Part shown: positions 50,401 through 63,522 of the stretch, piece by piece | Numbering within the stretch: the stretch's first letter is position 1 | Layout: every line of letters starts with the position of its first letter | DNA from: Gordius albopunctatus | Lineage: Eukaryota | Assembly (NCBI GenBank): GCA_964276515.1 | Contig: OZ193909.1 | Span: 21,266,001 to 21,330,000 of the forward strand | DNA length: 64,000 nt | Direction of reading: 5' to 3' | The notes under the pieces: generated by a model | Seen by the model: the letters and a program-made list of their open reading frames with translations, nothing else | The model's database searches: none | Told to the model about the DNA's origin: nothing | Made by a program: the position numbers and the translations under genes

Positions 50401-52599
50401 CATCACCAGGTGAAGCTGGGAAAAAGAAAATATTAAATCATTTATAATGACTTTCTTTATTTTTTATACCAGATTTTATAATTTTGATGTTGAAATAAAA
50501 ATGTTATAAACAATTTTTGGAAATCCCCCCCCCCTCCCCTCGGAGAGAAAATCCTGGCTACGTGCCTGGGTTCAACCATTACACTAAAGTCTTTTGTGGT
50601 TGAAGTCACTTTGTATTTAATAAAGCAATGAATGGGGTTTACAGGATTTGAGCTAGAAAGCATTAGGGAGATTGATGTTTGTTATAGGTTGTCAAGGATT
50701 GGACATTATGTGAAAGTTGGGTTAAAGCTTTTAGATAAAATGGTTTCAATCTAAATCGAACTAAAACAAATTATATACAAACATCTTTAAATCGTATGGA
50801 TTAGAGTCTAGAGTCTTTCTAATATATATAATTTATTATGCTATGGCATGAAACTTGGTCTGAACAAACTTTCGGAAGCCAAATAAGTTTTTGGAAAACA
50901 TGCGTGATCAATAATGAACAAAAAATAATTTTTACTAGCATTATTTTCCAAGTTAATAGTTGATATAGCATCGACGTCGTGTTGACCATTAGGTTGGCGC
51001 CCATTATTCAACTTATCGTACAATTCGCTGTGATGCTTTCTAGCTATGCCATAGCTCACGAAATTGATGGAGACCACAAGTATGGAAGGTATGATGTACA
51101 ATATTGCTACTAGGAAAAACGAGATCACCTGATACCAGTTTGTATGTGAGATGGTAGAATATTCAACTAATTGATACTGCTCTCCACCCGTTCCATCTAA
51201 TTAATGTGTAATGAACATCATTGGATTATATATATAATGAAATCAAATTTCTCATGTCTTACATATGTGACATAAAACGAACATTAGGTTCCGCTAAATG
51301 TCATTGATTATTCACAATAAGCGTTGCTTATGTTATTATGCTCTAATGAATTAAGGACTAATGTATCTTACAAAATATATAAGTTTATTGTTTTTAGAAA
51401 GAGGGGAATCAGATTTTTGGTGATTTATATATAACACTAGATGAACCCGGCAAACGTTGTTTTGCCATTTACCCGGTTTTATTAAATTATGTTGGAATTT
51501 TAGGGCATATATGATGATAAAGAGGTTATTGAAGTAAAAATAAAGTTTGATGTCGTCTATATGTTCTACTTCTATTGTTCTATTTCCGTATACAGTGCAA
51601 CGCGTACGAATACTCGAAAACTACTGCACCGATTTGGCTCGAAAAAATCTTAAAACATGCTCCCGAGTGTAGGCAGGAACAAACTGTGAAATTTTGAGCC
51701 AAATCGGTCTGGTAGTTTTCCAAAATTGGTGGCGGCATACACACACATACATGCATAGTTTCATTTTTATATATATAACATATATAAAATAATTAATCTT
51801 CCCTTTCTTTTCATATTGAAAGTGCATCAACTCTTGAGATAGTAACTAGCAATTTAGAAACTAAAGTGACGACTTAAACAATAGACTGACTACACGATTT
51901 AATGAGCCCATAAAAATTTTCATCACAAAAATTGCTTGTCTATCAAATTAAGATTCCCTTTTGACTATCCTAAAATTTATCAGGGGTTTATACATAATAT
52001 TAACTAATCATTAGATGGTTGCCAGTCTAACTAAACTCACTCTTGATAACGCGATCACCGAGATCTACGCTATATTCCAAGGCAAAGGGTATGTTTATGA
52101 GGGCGTAGATGATGTAGGAGCCAACGAAAAACCAATTAACCACGGTAGCGCTTATAAAGTTGTAGATTTCTTTATTGAGAAGTATCATGAGAAATAGGTT
52201 AACGCATAGAATAAGGGAATGGAACAAAATGACAGTACTAAATACGTGGATGAGATAACTGTTGATGTGATAGAGAAAGTAAATCCAAATTTTATAATTC
52301 CTACTGACTGAACCATATCCTACCCCCATTTTGAGTCGAAGGAACATATTAATGCGGTGGGAATACTTGAAAAGTATGAAGAGATTACACAGCACATCTC
52401 CGAAGCATAGCCAATGCAAAATAACGTGTATTTGGTTACGGAAATTAGCTCGTTCGAATTGACAAATTAAGTAGACGCAGTAAAGAATACTGAAGACGCT
52501 AGCTACCACGTTGCCTATATTTTCAAAGTAAAAAACTGCTAAGGTTGATTTGGATTTGGGGTACAGTTCATCTATAAGGTAAAATCTCCTGACCTCCAT
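47431..52599 (-). CDS. Second 7-TM receptor paralogue, three coding exons
   Basis: Exons 52599-52041, 51196-50936 (this donor is the least certain) and 47780-47431, all phase 1. Colinear with the 41453 receptor: QIHVILHWL, FLYHINSYL, LCVNLF, IPFALEY, INFVSY, FSNSKMRKLKLY and ENIDSIPNFVLHFYSEKIF. Confidence 0.78.
48215..48423. mobile_element. hAT-type MITE family B
   Basis: TIR tagtgttgtaaaaac / gtttttacaacacta with a perfect 8-bp TSD TTCGCATC. Confidence 0.92.
48600..49440 (+). mobile_element. hAT transposase remnant (ZMYM1/THAP12-like C-terminal dimerisation region), frameshifted
   Basis: EDYYKITIFIPLLD..IIQLNERF and TTCTNERSFSTLRRLKTYVRNTMSKDRLNGLALLAIHRE. Confidence 0.9.
49500..50330 (-). 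mobile_element. Second, internally deleted hAT transposase remnant in inverted orientation
   Basis: Blocks are reverse complements of 48670-49350; the minus strand near 50140-50175 encodes RGQGYDRARNMS, a hAT transposase motif. Confidence 0.8.
49786..49979. mobile_element. Probable solo LTR, 194 bp
   Basis: TGT...ACA ends with an imperfect inverted terminus and a 5-bp TSD AAAAT; interrupts sequence that is contiguous in the + strand hAT copy. Confidence 0.7.
50415..50567 (+). mobile_element. hAT element 3' terminus
   Basis: Repeats the 49418-49495 transposase tail, then a C-run and cctggctacgtgcctg (TIR CAGGCACGTAGCCAGG). Confidence 0.7.
51437..51777 (-). mobile_element. Lep1-type non-autonomous Helitron
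   Basis: Minus strand: tatatataaaaatgaa, TG microsatellite, accgatttggctc inverted pair, and a 3' hairpin ggcaaaacaacgtttgcc followed by CTAG. Confidence 0.8.
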
Positions 52600-55500
52600 C
52601 CTTTAATCAGGATTAGATTGGTTTAGCAAAAATATTACATGGGAAATTCGTTGAAGAAAAAAATATGTTTAGCAAAAAAGAAGTAGACTAACATAATTAA
52701 AAATCAATAACAATATGTATTTGAAGAGTAGCTAATGTCATACCACTTACCTGTGCGCGGTGTATATAGTTACAATTTTGTAAATGGCTTTTCCGTAACT
52801 ACCTCTATACCCTACCTTATATTTTGCGGAACGGAAAAATGTAAAATAATAAGTCAAGCTCATTTTTTATGACATTAAAAGTTATATTTTTAAAAAATGG
52901 CAAAAAAATTTATAATCTAAATCGTTTGAATATATGTTTAAACTTTTTTAAATATGTTTAAAATGAGGTAATTAAAAAATATTGCCTTGCCTAAATCTAA
53001 CTAATAATTTCACCAAACTTTCTTTAGAAATTGTCGTATACTGTTAACTTTCAACTTAGAAAAACAGAGTGGGGCTAAATAAAAGTTGTGTGCACATGTG
53101 ACCATACTAATTTCTGATGAATTTAATCATATACTCTTATAAAAAATATAAAAATCCGGAATCTGGCATCAATTTCTTAATTAATTCTACATACCTCTAT
53201 TCGTGAAAATTATTATTATTTAAATTCGCTCGATGTTAATCTTAATACAGTAGTAATACACCCTTTAAAAATCTGTTGAGCAAAATCACATTTAATAATA
53301 TCTAGTTTGTGATTTATTAGTATAAATTAAGTGTTATCATTCTAACGGATTAACGATTAAAATATAATTGCTTTATTACTTTAAACTAACTATATGCTTA
53401 ATATGAATGACCTTAACTTAAGGTATTCAGGTAAGTAAGTTTAGCACAATAACATATAGAGACAAACGTTGAAATATTACTTTAAGTATACCAATGTGTC
53501 AAAAAGAATATTATTGAAACACATTTACCCTTGAATTGTATATTAGCTTTATGAAATATGTAATTCTGTTAAAAATGTAAGAGAACGGCCTCTCTATCCA
53601 AAGAATTTAGATTTAATTAATTTGGTTTTTAGTGAAGCGACTATTAAAAACCTATATGATCCTTAGAGTGTTAGGTTAAGCTAGTAAAAGCAATTTTAAT
53701 AATTTATAAGGTATTTAAGTAATAGAGAGCCTGTAATTAATGGACTGCGCATAGAGTGTTATACATATATTGAATTTAAACTGAAGAAGTCAATATCTTT
53801 AATTACAGCATAAAAGGTAAATTAATAGATTGTTTAAAATGTTTATAGGGAATTACCATTTTGTTAAAAGCTTTTAGATGTAATATTAAATAATTTATGT
53901 TCTCGCACAACTTAAGTGATCTTTCTATTGATTTTTGGATTAGTCAGGCCAGGATTACTACACTACTTTGTAGCATAATATAAGTTATCCAACAGTCTTT
54001 CAAATATAATATAGTGTAGTAATTACTGTATCTTTATTTATATTTTACTTTCTTATGATAGGAATCATATTTAATTAATGCAAAACGAGCTGATAATAAT
54101 ATATCAAGATATAAATTGTGGATTATCTATTATTTTTGTGTAATTAGGTTGCATCTTAAAGCTTATCCATTTCTTTTTCAGTTTAGTTAAAAAATTAGTT
54201 TCAAGCACATCATACATACCTCGATCAATAATTTGATAAGTGGAAGGGGGAGGGGGAGAGGATTAAATTTGCCTAAAGTTTAAAATTAGTGTTTACAGCC
54301 TTTTACTGTTTTCCATTATACTTTTCACTATAATAGCGAATAGCATTTAATAACATAAGTCAGTAATTCTAATAGTTATCATGACTTTATAACACCTAAT
54401 ATACCGTAAAAAGTATATTTATCTGTTAACTCCAAGTCAAGATTTTAAAATCCCTAAACTCATAATCATGTGATCACAATTGAATCTATTGGATAGTTTA
54501 GTATCTAGTTATTTAATTGATGTACTTAAAATTGATTTTTGTTTTATTTAAATTTATCACGACAAATCGTCACCGGACATTAAGAAATCTAAATTTAACA
54601 TACAAACTATGTTGTAAGACTCTAGCATCTTGGTTGTTATCTTTTTATAAAGAAAAGGCCGGAATTCATTGATTAAATGGCGCTGAAATGTAATTGCGTG
54701 AATTTTAATTGCTCTAGGATATACCTTCATTTAAATGACACCACCAACCATGTCCTAATTTGTGTTGTTAAAATGCTCGCGCAAAATATCACAATGGAAA
54801 TCGTCGTTAAATCCAACACGATTTCCATACACGGATCAATGCCATCCGTTTAGTTATAGCGCGTTTTTATATTTTTTAGTCGTATACGTAATTTTTTGTA
54901 TACCATTTAATAAATATTGATATGAACACATTGATTTATTTAATAATCGCATGTATCATGATCTGTGCGTGCCACTCGGTGCACGAGGCAGTAAAGTAGC
55001 ACATAAAAATGCTTTGGAGCCGGAGTTGAAGCAGCAAAGTGTTCAGGCAATGAGCAGATTGCTCAAGTATAAACGCAATCAGATAGCAGATCTAATAGAA
55101 GCAATTGCTACGAGTCAGTAACTTTACGTATCTCCGCATGGTATTGGATAAATAAATTAAGAATTTGCTCCTCCCCCATTTTTGCGATATTTGTCACCCC
55201 CATTTTGCCCTCTTTTCCCCAAGGGAGATTGGCTGGGGCATAGAGGCAGGGGGGACAAGTTTTTTATTTATGATATACCATAAACAGATTTTTAAAGTTA
55301 CTAACACATTTAACAACTAGTCCTAAGTGCGCGAAGGGTTAGGGGCGGGTGACGAACATATTTTAAAAACAACTGCATATAAGGGATAACTTTAATAGAC
55401 ATCTACACTCGAAATCTAGGGGTTCCCTCTCGAACAACTTACTGGGCCGCGCATAAGATGCCACGAATGTACTATGGTTACTGCCTTAGTCACTACGAAA

Positions 55501-56314
55501 CCTCTAACGGGATTTATTTGTGGATTGGGCAAAGAAGATACCATGCTGGGACACGTGTATTAGGGATTGAGGTAGCATAAACCACTCGTGCCTAGATTAG
55601 ATGCATAGGCGTAGCCAATGAGGGCAGGGATGGGCGGTTGCCTCCTTCTAAATCCAGAAATTTGTTAAATTTTATTAAAATTATGGGGCTAAAATTTACA
55701 AAAAATGATCATTTTGCCCCTCCCCAAATCATTATTGCCTCTCTATAATTTCAATGCTGGCTGCGCCATTGGATGTACTTAATTATATTTAACGTTAAAG
55801 GGTTGAAGATCCGTTCTAAGGGGAAGGATTTGGAGGGAGTAATGGATTCAGCATTAGTTTTATATCCTCATATAACCAATTTAGTATAATATAATTCATT
55901 AATCAATGTGATAACATAAAGCAGCGCGTATAATTTTTGTTGTAATGTTTATCACTTCTGCGAAATTAATGCCATTATCATAAATATACGATGAATAATA
56001 ATACGGGAATCAATGATATATATTTCGCCTTAATTAAAACAGAAGTGCTCTATTCTGTTAGAAAACGCGAGGCATTAACGATGATTTATGGGTTACAGCA
56101 ATGTCGCGAATATTTAATTGTCAAACCGTTCACTGTAATCAACGATCATTAGCCACTTGTTGCTACTACTAATGTCTTCTAGGCTACAATGTTGCCTTGT
56201 ATTGCTAGGTAATTTTAGGTTGACCCATACGGCAAGACACTAGGCTAATGTACTATACCGTTTGGATGCAGATTCCATTGAGGCCTATGATTCTCTTTTG
56301 TTCTGTGATATAAT

Positions 56315-56596
56315 CATAGACTAATAGACTGCTCATTCCCTTTTAAAAAGTGTACCCCGTTTTGGCAGCCATTTTGATAAGTGAAACATGAATTTCGGCC
56401 AATTTATATGGTTTGATGAATTTTTAAAATCGCTATAATGATTAAAATGGGTTGTGTTATGTTATAAGATCAATGATTACTGTCCAATACAAACCATCGC
56501 TATACAAACTCTACTTCACTTATCAAAATGGCGGTCATTTTTGGCAACACTTTTGATGCGTGAATATATAAAAGATGAGCCGTCTATTAGTCTATG
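56315..56596. mobile_element. MITE family C (TIR CATAGACTAATAGAC), P- or hAT-like
   Basis: catagactaatagactgctca...tgagccgtctattagtctatg with a perfect 8-bp TSD GATATAAT. Confidence 0.9.
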
Positions 56597-57729
56597 GATA
56601 TAATAGGAGGAGATGTGATAAATTCTTTAAATATTTTGGATATTGCAGACCCTTAGTAAAGTAAAGGATATTTGGCAAACATGGACGATATAATTAACCT
56701 AGCCATCTATAGGTGTAGCCAGGTCCCCCCTCTAAATCTAGAAATTCTTTAAAATTTTATTTAATTATGACTAGAATATTAAAAAATTATCAATATGCCC
56801 CTCCCACAATCATTATCCTGCCTGGCTACGCCCAGAAAATAGTGTTTTTAAAAAGGATGAAGTGTGGTAGTTGTTAAGTTTAGTCAGGAGATGCTAAGAA
56901 TCTTGTATTAAGGACACCTTGGAATGGTTGTTGAAATAAAGGGTTTGCCAGACCATAGTTCTTGCCAGCATTGAGATTAGAGGGGGGAACTAATGGTTTA
57001 GGGAGGGGCAAAATGATCTTTTTCAAAATTTTAGCCTCATAATTTCCATAAATTTCAACAAATTTATGGATTTAGAGCACCTCCTTGGTTGCGCCTATGC
57101 GTCTGGTGGCCCATCCAAAAATTGGTTAAGCAGTGTGGTAAGATGGATGCACTTATGCCTGATGTTTTAAATTTCATGAGTGCGCCTATATGCATTGATT
57201 TTTTTTGATTTAGATAAACAACGGTATATATATACATCTTAATTGTAGATGCGTTTTCCGGTTAAGCCGAAGTTATAAAGATGTTTAACGCATCTAGTCG
57301 AGTAAGAATGCCTATTTTAAAAAATTGATGCTAAATTATGGGTTTTCATAAATATAAGCTTTTTGTTTCATTAGAAATTTGGTTAGCGATGAATTTAAAC
57401 AATTAATTGTTTTGTTTAATGTTGTAAACGCAAACCACTTATTTACATGTTATGTCATCGCCCGGCCAATTCTTTACATGTATTTATGGGCGAAGGGGAG
57501 GAGCGGATGCCCCCTTCTTAATCCATTTTGTTGAAATTTATTGAAATTATGACTAAAATTTATCAAAATGTTCATTTTGGCCGTCCCTGAATTTTAAAAC
57601 ATTTTATTTGCCCAATAAAGTAATGTAAAAAAGGGTATTATTTTTTGGTTTATTTCCCCCCACACCTCTACATTTAACATATAAAATTAAGCTTATTTTA
57701 ACTCCACCATATCAAAGATTAATCATTGT

Positions 57730-58897
57730 TTTCCCTCATCTGGTGCATTTTTACACCCAGAAGTTTTAAAGTCGTACGAAGGCTTTTTAAAAACTTTATT
57801 AGATAAAATTTTAAATTTAATACTAATAATTGGATTCAAGCATCCCTTCCAACCAATTCTGGAGGATTGGGAATTCGTCCTCCCGGCAGCATATCGTTAG
57901 CTGCTTTTATTTCATCTTTTAAGTCGGTCCAAAACTTAATTTTTAATCTCACAACACATGATTCCGACCCCCTGCTAACGCAAGCCTTAGAGCTTTGGAA
58001 TTTGAATGTCACACCCGAGACCATTCAACCTAAAAGTACGAGACAAAAGGATTGGGATTCTGGACTAGTATCGCGCTCCGTTGATTACCTCTTATCGAGC
58101 AGCGATGATAGCCAGCAGCATTACAACCTTAGCTCCCTCGCTTTTGACGGTTCCGGTCACAAGTGGCTTGAAGCATATCCCAGCAAACTTTTGGGAATGC
58201 TGCTTGAAGACTTTGAGCTATCATATTCCATAGCTTTAAGGTTGGGGATCAGTTACAGCAGCGAATTCAATTGTTGAAACGTCAAAATTGTCTTACTGTT
58301 GTAGACGAATATGCTAGGCACCCTCTACACTGCCTAGCAAACAAATATAAATAGGTTAGGCACACTAAAGCCAATTTATTACCAAAATCCCCTCAATCCT
58401 TGAGCCGTCCGATCCCTCCCTTGAAGGTAGGATGCGCCCTGACGGCTCTTCTCTAGTCCCCTGGCAAAATGGCCTATCCCTCAAATGGGATTTTACTTGT
58501 ATTCACCTTTTTGCCCCTTCCCATTTTAATTACGACCCTATCGCTACAGAAGAAGGGCGTAAAACTACAAAGTATTCTGCCCTTTTGGCATCCAATATTT
58601 TTATCCCTGTCGTTGCGACGTGCTCCGGTTCCTTTGGCAAACAGGCAATGGGTTTTTTTAAAGAAATCGGAAAACTCACCCCGAAATCTAAAATTTCTGC
58701 GTCCTTTTTACTCAGGCAACAACTAGGGATTCTAGTTGTACGACACAACTTTAAATCCTTTGCCGACTCATGGCCCATTGTAGAAGATAATGATATATAG
58801 TAGATCTTTGTATTTAACCAATATGTCTTTATTTATCTTTGTATTTCGCTTATTTATGTAACTTTGTTTCGTGAAAATAAACTTTTTAACAAAAAAA
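57730..58897 (+). mobile_element. 5'-truncated CRE-like non-LTR retrotransposon (thumb, CCHC knuckle, restriction-like endonuclease), degenerate
   Basis: QASLPTNSGGLGIR, WLEAYP, IALRLG, VDEYARHPLHC, RPDG..LVPWQNG..LKWDFTC, EEGRKTTKY and FIPVV; AATAAA and an A-tail at 58876-58897. Confidence 0.82.
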
Positions 58898-58899
58898 GC

Positions 58900-59160
58900 T
58901 CTCACGGAGAGGTAGAAAGGTATGAAGAGGTTTTGTTTAAAAAAATGGTTGAATCTAGCTTAAGTAAGGAAGAAGACGACGTGGCTGTTTAAGCCATGTT
59001 TAAACTTGATCACCATAAGTCACCACATTATCTTAATCGTGCTCCGATTAGCTATGTCTAAAATTCAGTAAGAAACCTAACTTTGCCCAGTATTGGTGTA
59101 CCAGGTTTTAGGGTAAACCAAAGAGTTTGGTATCGCAACTATTTGGGCAAACCTAAATGA
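58900..59160 (+). mobile_element. Gypsy-type integrase remnant
   Basis: Translates as SHGEVERY...KSPH and FRVNQRVWYRNYLGKPK*, resembling the SNGxxER, TPH and FxxGDxVWxRNY..PKW integrase motifs; contains stops. Confidence 0.5.
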
Positions 59161-59299
59161 TAAAATAAAGAAACTAAACGGGTATAACTTTGAAATTAGG
59201 CAGCTGTAATAATTGAATGTGTTTATGCTATTCTTTAAAGTTTATTTCGATTTAGATGCCAATTAACAGAGCATGGTGCGGCGTGAAAATGGACGTCAG

Positions 59300-59405
59300 T
59301 AGAGCCCTGCAGACTCACCTTTTTTCGACCCAATCCTCAACCCGAACCCGACCCACCCGAAAGCTCCTAAATTTTTTCAACCCGAACCCGACTCGATCCG
59401 AAAGC
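59300..59405. mobile_element. MITE family D fragment (TAGAG end, AACCCG subrepeats); related pieces at about 38625-38690, 44160 and 63616-63750
   Basis: Repeated aacccgaacccgac motifs shared among dispersed copies. Confidence 0.6.
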
Positions 59406-59414
59406 GTTTTAAAC

Positions 59415-59632
59415 CAAATGGGCATATACTAAGAATGGAGACGAATGGTGTATGTCTCGAAAAGTACTGGGCATGGAGGTACCGGGGATGAGAGAATAAG
59501 GACGACCCCGTGTCACGTGGAACGGGCAAGTGGATAAATTATGGGAAAAAAGAGATTGGCACTCACCCGGTCAAGATGGAAGACTTATTAAAAAAAGGCT
59601 TACGATTATGAAACCAATTGGTAGAGAAGAAG
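59415..59632 (+). mobile_element. RTE LINE 3' fragment
   Basis: gggcatatactaagaa...ggacgaccccgtgtcacgtggaa...cccggtcaagatggaa. Confidence 0.8.
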
Positions 59633-60148
59633 ATTAATTGTTGATTATTATAAGCAAGGGAAGTGTATTGCACTTCCCACTCAAAAGTATATAAATGTGT
59701 TATTTTATAACTTAACACCCATTTAGGCTAAAATAGGCACCTATATTTAATTTTTAATAACAATTAAGGTCAATTTTAATAATTTTTAGAGTGCACGGCT
59801 CAAATTTAATTAAAGAACCTCTGATATTTGGGGTTTTAAGCTTAATATTTATTTCAGGTCAATATCTTAATTAATTAAGTTACACTTAATAAAGGTATAT
59901 AAAATTTTTGAGGCCACAGCTCTATACATAGGAATGAGTCTTTAGTAACTCCTTTATCATTTACAATGGCTAGCACTATATTGACTTTACAGGACTGATA
60001 TTATATTCGACAGGCTTAACAAATATTTTTAGCATAACTTAAAATGTTGGTAACAAACACGGCCAAATTTTAGCTTACTACGTGTATAAGACAAATTTTG
60101 GTATAAAATCATAAAATTTGTTTTCAATTGCTCACAAAAAATTTTATA

Positions 60149-63100
60149 ATGTTTGCATCGCTTCTCTTAGCTTTCCTTATTGTATTGGCTACGACGGTGA
60201 TTCTATTGTTGATGAGAACTTTCCAGCGCCTCAGAGATGCAAAACAAATTCAATACCCAAAATTACCTTCTTTAAGTAAATTTTATTTTTGTAATTAGTA
60301 AATAGAAAATATATTAAGCGCTTTATTACATTTAGAATCCTAAAAATAAGTTATTATTAATTGGTTTAAACGGTAGTTAAAGAAACTTAAAGCAAAAGTG
60401 ATGTAAAATAGTTATATTGAAAGAGAAATAATTTTAGAAAGTATTCAATTTTAGTATCATGATTTCGATGATCAGATTTCTGAAGAAAAAGTCGATTAAT
60501 TGCTGTGTTTATAATGCTTACAATTTTTGTAAATGTTTTATTTTACTACACTACCCAACTTAATTTTAATTTGAAAAAGCAAGCGTTAGCATCATGGATG
60601 GAGGTAACTATCGAACAGTCTTATTAAAACAAAATCATCGCGCCGCGTAGCCATGGTAGAAATTAGAGGGGTCGCAATAATGATCACTTTTTGACAATCC
60701 CTTTTTAAGGAATTTTAGATTTAGAGTGGGGGGGGGGCAGCCACCCCTTCTGCCACCCCCTGGAGACGCCTTTAAACATAATAATATTATTTAGAGGCGT
60801 TAAATCGAAATATTGCTTCGGCTTCCAAAAATGTTATTGGATGCACGATAAATTGGCAAAATCTAATAATAGCATTAGCACTACTACTCATATCGTCAAA
60901 ACATGTTTTTTGACTTTCCTAATGTGTCCCCTCTGATCGATTGTTTTTCACCAAAAAAGATGACATTGATTATTTGGCCAAAAATTTTTATGATCAACTG
61001 GAACTATTTTTGTGCTTGTTTTGTATTGTTATTACCGGAGGGCAGGGGAGGTACAATACAAATTTAATAACGGTAAAACATAATAGGTATAGAAACTTAT
61101 AAATCTAAATTTCAAAAAAATATAACATTAATTTAGAGGTGCTAGCTCTAATATTGTTGAGATATTCGCCTTTTGCTAAGTAATTTAATATCTTTATCTT
61201 TTAATTATTAGATTTTTATTTTTGAATGTCAGAAATGGTTGAAATATCGGAATACAAAGTTCAGTTTTCACTAATTATAAATTACTAGAAATAACAAAAA
61301 AATTTATAAACGCATATCGACAAGGTACTAATTGTAACTCAAGTTTTTATGTAATATATTTAAGGACTAATTAATAAAAAATTTTATAAAAAAAGTAGCC
61401 CTCATTTATATTTATAATTCAGCAAATACTTTATAATTTCCTAAATCACAGGGTAAAAGGTAAAAACATAAATGGCGTTGACTTTGTTGTTAATGAATTT
61501 AGATGGCTAATTTTTATTACTGGTTGATTCATTTATTTGTCTTTTGATGTAAAAAGCGGATTTTAATCTTTTAAATGACATTTTTATAATTTCACTCTTC
61601 ATCATGTATTTGGTCGCACAGTCGTGAGATTTGTTTTGATGAGTTTCTCCCATCTTGATCGGGTAAGGGGCCCATGTCCTGATTCATCTTCTTAGTTTTT
61701 GTGTCTTTATCCACTTGCCCTTTCCACGTGACACGGGGTCGTCCTCTTCCTCTCTTCCCCGGTACCTCTATGTCCAGTACTTTTCGATTTACGTCATCCG
61801 TGTCCCTGCTTAGTATATGCCCATCATTCCACCTTGGCCGATTTTTGTTAATCATGTCCGCCATAGATTGAATACCCATTTTTGCTCAGGGACAGTCATT
61901 CGTCATACGGTCGAGCTTAGTATAGCCCAAGCTCCACCCTATCATTCTCATCTTCGTGCCTTGTAATAACTTTTCACCCATGGCGTTTAGTGCCCGTGTT
62001 TCACAGTTATAAAGTAAGACCGGTCTTACGATGGATGATTTGTAAGCTTTGCTCTTCAACCATATAAGCTTGGGTGTAGCCAGCATTGGGATTAGAAGCG
62101 GCAATAATGATTTACATAAGAAGGGTAGATAATCATTTTTTCAAATTTTACCCATTATTTTAATAAATTTCACCAAATTTTTAGATTTAGAGGGGGCAGT
62201 CGCCCCTCCCTGCCCCATTGGCTACGCCCATGCATATAGGCATTAAAAAACACCTACTAATTCTGTTTTACATCTTGAAAATTTGTTGTAGATATAGATG
62301 AAGATTTGGTAGCAGAGCACCTCAGTCGTGCTGTGCAATTCAAAACTGTATCTTTCGGTGAAAATGAGTTCGATCAAAATGAAATGGCTGCACTCGTTAA
62401 GTATATTGAAAAAGGTTTAATAATAATTAATTTTATAAATAAATTGCTTATTTTATGATAAATTGTCTTCTTGATTATTAAATAGACTATAAATGAATCG
62501 TTTTTATATTATAAATGACTTTCGAAAACATAGTAAAAATTCGAAACATTTTTATTCTTTATAAAATCAAAGTTGTAAATATTGTCTTTTGAATATTTTT
62601 ATAGTTTTCCCAGGAGTTTATTCTTGTTCTTGGATCCAAAAAAGGGTTGTTAATAAGTATAGCCTGTTGTTCAAATGCGTAAGTTCGAACGAAGAAAAAA
62701 ACATTTCAACAGGTTTACATCATAAAGTGTTTTGTTATTTTGTTAATAATATATAAACAACTAAATAAATAAATAAATAAATATATATATATACTAATAC
62801 TAACCTTATTTTATAGATTCCAATTTTTATTACTTTTTACTCTGTCAGAATTTATCATTCAATTTTGGATAAGTCAATCGGGAGCGCAGTCAGCACTGGA
62901 ATTAGAGGAGAAGGGCAATAATGATTTAGGGAGGGGCAAAATAATCATTTTGAAATTTTAGGCATATTTTTAGAAGGGGGCAGTGCCCCCCCCCCACTGC
63001 CCCTTGGCAACGCCTATGATAGAAATTATCAATAAAATAACTGATTTTTAAAATGTATTGTATGCTAGGAGGATGTAGTTTGCCTTGGATGTTGATCGGG

Positions 63101-63522
63101 CATTTAGATGTAGTACCTGTAGGGGATCATGATGTTACCCATTGGTCTAGACCTCCGTTCTCGGGAGACATAATAACTATGGAATCTCGTCAAAAATATA
63201 TATATGGTAGAGGATCTCTCGACGCAAAAGATATAGTTTTTGCGACATTAGAAGCCTTGGAATTAGCGATAAAAAATGGACAAAGACCGAAACGCAAGTC
63301 ATTTTACCTCGTTTTTGGGCATGACGAAGAGACGGGTGGTTTACACGGAGCACAAAAAGTTGCTAAATGCTTGAAAGACGAGCTCCTGCTAAAAGGAGGA
63401 ACCTCCACGCTTTCCAATGGACATATGGAGTCTGGGCTCGACACCGGAAAACCGCTAGATTTTATACTGGACGAAGGATTCAATATATTTGACGATTTAT
63501 TGACCGGGCAAAACTTGGGATT
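60149..63522 (+). CDS. PM20D1: M20 family metallopeptidase, PM20D1/carboxypeptidase S-like; 3' part lies beyond the window
   Basis: Exons 60149-60275 (hydrophobic signal/anchor), 62292-62414 (AVQFKTVSF), 62605-62712 (VVNKYSLLF) and 63070-63522 (GHLDVVP, IYGRGSLDAK, GHDEE, ILDEG); phases are consistent. Confidence 0.88.
61590..62060 (-). mobile_element. RTE LINE 3' fragment, interrupted at 62069-62232 by a family-A MITE (TSD CATATAAG/CATATAGG)
   Basis: LKSKAYK.SIVRPVLLY, GHILSRD and [12 protein letters not shown]. Confidence 0.88.

Noticed and set aside
50380..50416. Extra mini-exon for the second GPCR (strong-looking AG and GTAAG on the minus strand)
   Set aside because: 37 nt breaks the phase and the alternative donor includes a stop; the acceptor derives from the hAT tail.
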